Source: Nemertoderma westbladi
Taxonomy: Eukaryota > Animalia > Xenacoelomorpha
Assembly (NCBI GenBank): GCA_032718475.1
Contig: JAUCBJ010001244.1
Location: 1-64,000 of the forward strand
Direction: 5' to 3'
DNA length: 64,000 nucleotides
In this document: one piece after another, positions 63,498 to 64,000 of the stretch
Numbering within the stretch: the first letter of the stretch is position 1
Layout: every line of letters begins with the position of its first letter
Made by a program: the position numbers and the translations under genes
The notes under the pieces: model-generated
Told to the model about the DNA's origin: nothing
Databases searched by the model: none
Seen by the model: the letters and a program-made list of their open reading frames with translations, nothing else

Positions 63498-63609
63498 GTC
63501 AGGGGCTAGTGGCTGAGCTGGTTAGCGCTACTGATGAGGCCTGTTAGGCCGAAACGTACGTATAGTATAGCGCTGGTTCAACCCCCGGTGACGCGGTTTC
63601 TCATTTTTT
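63498..63609 (+). ncRNA. Pol III-type (A box/B box) unit containing a minimal type I hammerhead ribozyme
   Basis: A box TGGCTGAGCTGG 63510-63521; CTGATGA 63531-63537; stem II GGCCT/AGGCC; GAAAC-GTAC-GTA 63551-63562; B box GGTTCAACCC 63575-63584; T6 at 63604-63609. Confidence 0.8.
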
Positions 63610-64000
63610 CCACTTCTGGACAAAACCATAATATTACACCTATATTTTTAAAAACTTTCAGTTTCGGATATAGTACACGTATTAATACTGATAAAATATG
63701 TTTTTCCCCTCTTGTATGTCTTTGTTTGTCCCCATTATTTCCCTGAAAGGCGTAGTCAGATAGCCTTCCCTTATACAGGGGTCTGACATTCTGACAGTGG
63801 CATACAGTAAGGCAGTGCAGTATGGACATCGCCTTTACCTCTATGTAGCTCTACAATACACTCAGACTCTGGATACATGGATTACCGCGCCTTTAAAGAC
63901 AGACACAGCATCACACAGTAATTAATGGATTTATTTCATAAAACAATATGAATGGCACTGGACATAATACAGATCAATTTTCTTTGCATCATATGATATT

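Overview
AT-rich, repeat-saturated eukaryotic (probably invertebrate animal) DNA with no intact host gene; it is mostly a nest of transposon remnants. The centrepiece is a complete 14.2-kb Polinton/Maverick-type element (31900-46096) with AGTAGT...ACTACT termini, ~0.9-kb TIRs and a 6-bp TSD (GGTAGG). It encodes an uninterrupted protein-primed DNA polymerase B, a divergent TATA-binding-protein (TBP)-like protein and a 563-aa orphan ORF, and carries an array of ~13 tRNA T-arm/B-box-like motifs. I see no integrase, packaging ATPase, protease or capsid gene in it. A second TIR of the same family (from 60668) lies just upstream of a decayed ORF resembling a mononegavirus nucleoprotein. Several decayed copies of a divergent Helentron/Helitron2-like Rep-PIF1 family occur, and one ends in an SLX1-like GIY-YIG nuclease. 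A minimal hammerhead ribozyme sits between Pol III A and B boxes at ~63.5 kb. The rest comprises canonical Helitron pieces, LINE, SINE and LTR fragments, TIR/foldback MITEs, minisatellites, two 2-3 kb direct duplications and a WD40 pseudogene fragment. All family calls come from motif recognition by eye, not database searches.
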